The translations under genes were made by a program, and so were the position numbers. From the NCBI GenBank assembly GCA_964568485.1, contig CAZMRA010000001.1, positions 4,701 through 62,615 of the forward strand: a stretch of 57,915 nucleotides of DNA, given 5' to 3'. The stretch comes from an uncultured Caldilineaceae bacterium (GTDB lineage: Bacteria > Chloroflexota > Anaerolineae > Caldilineales > Caldilineaceae). The notes below the pieces were generated by a model, which was not told where the DNA came from, did no database searches, and saw nothing but the letters and a program-made list of their open reading frames with translations. Positions 57,385 through 57,915 of this stretch are shown here, in pieces. Each line of letters begins with the position of its first letter. Position 1 is the first letter of the stretch.

Positions 57385-57915
57385 TTATGCTGGCTTGCGG
57401 GCTTCGATCAGATATTTCCAAGCCGTGAAGCGCAAGGCCTCGCCCGCTACCAACTGTTCTTGTAACTGCCACAATGCCGACTGGTGGGTGGCGACCGAAA
57501 AGCCGGGCACCAACCACGGCACTGCTTTCAAATAATAGACGATTGTCGCCACATCGCTAAAGGTCAGCGCGCCCGACCACTCTTCGGCATTCACAATTTC
57601 GAGCCCAGCGGCCTGTAAGCGAGGCAGATACCTCTCCGGCGTCGCATCGGGCCATTGGGGTTTGGCCCCAAAGACCGCTAGCAGATCGTGCGCCCACAGG
57701 CCGTGGACTTGCTGCGTCAGAAAAGTACCGCCGGGAGCCAGCATGCGTGCCACCTCGGCTGGATTGAAGGATGCATGGCGATTCAAGATCAGGTCAAACT
57801 CCTCATCGGCAAAGGGTTGGGGCCCATCCTCCGCAGAGGCGACCTCGAAGACCGTCACGCCCAGCGGAGCCAAACGTTCGCTCGCCAACTGGAAATTGGG
57901 CGGATAGCTTTCCGT
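57385..57915 (-). CDS. Class I SAM-dependent methyltransferase (N-terminus beyond the right edge)
   Basis: The frame stays open to the window end. Post-II/III region FDLILNRHASFNPAEVARMLAPGGTFL. Confidence 0.68.
   Translation of the reverse strand, partial: TESYPPNFQLASERLAPLGVTVFEVASAEDGPQPFADEEFDLILNRHASFNPAEVARMLAPGGTFLTQQVHGLWAHDLLAVFGAKPQWPDATPERYLPRLQAAGLEIVNAEEWSGALTFSDVATIVYYLKAVPWLVPGFSVATHQSALWQLQEQLVAGEALRFTAWKYLIEARKPA

Overview
This is 57.9 kb of gene-dense, chromosomal-looking bacterial DNA, with GC in the mid-50s % by eye. K/T/P-rich low-complexity secreted proteins, SQDG lipid genes, menA and a giant TSP3-repeat protein suggest a filamentous Chloroflexota-like organism, but that is inference only. 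I support about 50 protein-coding genes. I recognised no rRNA, tRNA, CRISPR array, transposase or integrase. From left to right the window holds: (i) a >1,690-aa polytopic TSP3-repeat protein on the minus strand, absent from the supplied ORF track (3..5084); (ii) a Rieske oxygenase plus a BMP-family ABC importer (5625..11432); (iii) a NUDIX hydrolase, a nucleotidyltransferase, and an ABC-F ATPase with a terminator/antiterminator leader; (iv) the sqdB/sqdX sulfolipid pair; (v) a histone-H1-like K/T-repeat protein and a T/P-rich membrane protein; (vi) an operon of PIG-L deacetylase, aminotransferase, ANT(6)-like NTase and CocE/NonD hydrolase; (vii) an orphan FmrO/Rmt-family 16S rRNA m7G1405 methyltransferase; (viii) a TRAP transporter; (ix) a HEAT protein plus menA, an SH3b protein, a GNAT and ettA; (x) an operon of HAD hydrolase, radical SAM protein, ROK fructokinase and galT; (xi) a minimal STAND-type P-loop NTPase coupled to a divergent SPFH membrane protein (45146..47154), my top candidate for an undescribed two-gene system; (xii) an MFS exporter and a >9-kb co-directional, tightly packed array (48597..57915) of APH, APH(6), DinB, GNAT, hydrolase, SDR, P-loop kinase, DUF4037 NTase, eukaryote-type HisA and methyltransferase genes. 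All functional calls come from motif-level recognition of translated ORFs and from my own reading of the DNA. No database search or folding program was available. Several starts were moved from the ORF-track start to an internal ATG/GTG with a better Shine-Dalgarno (SD) sequence.
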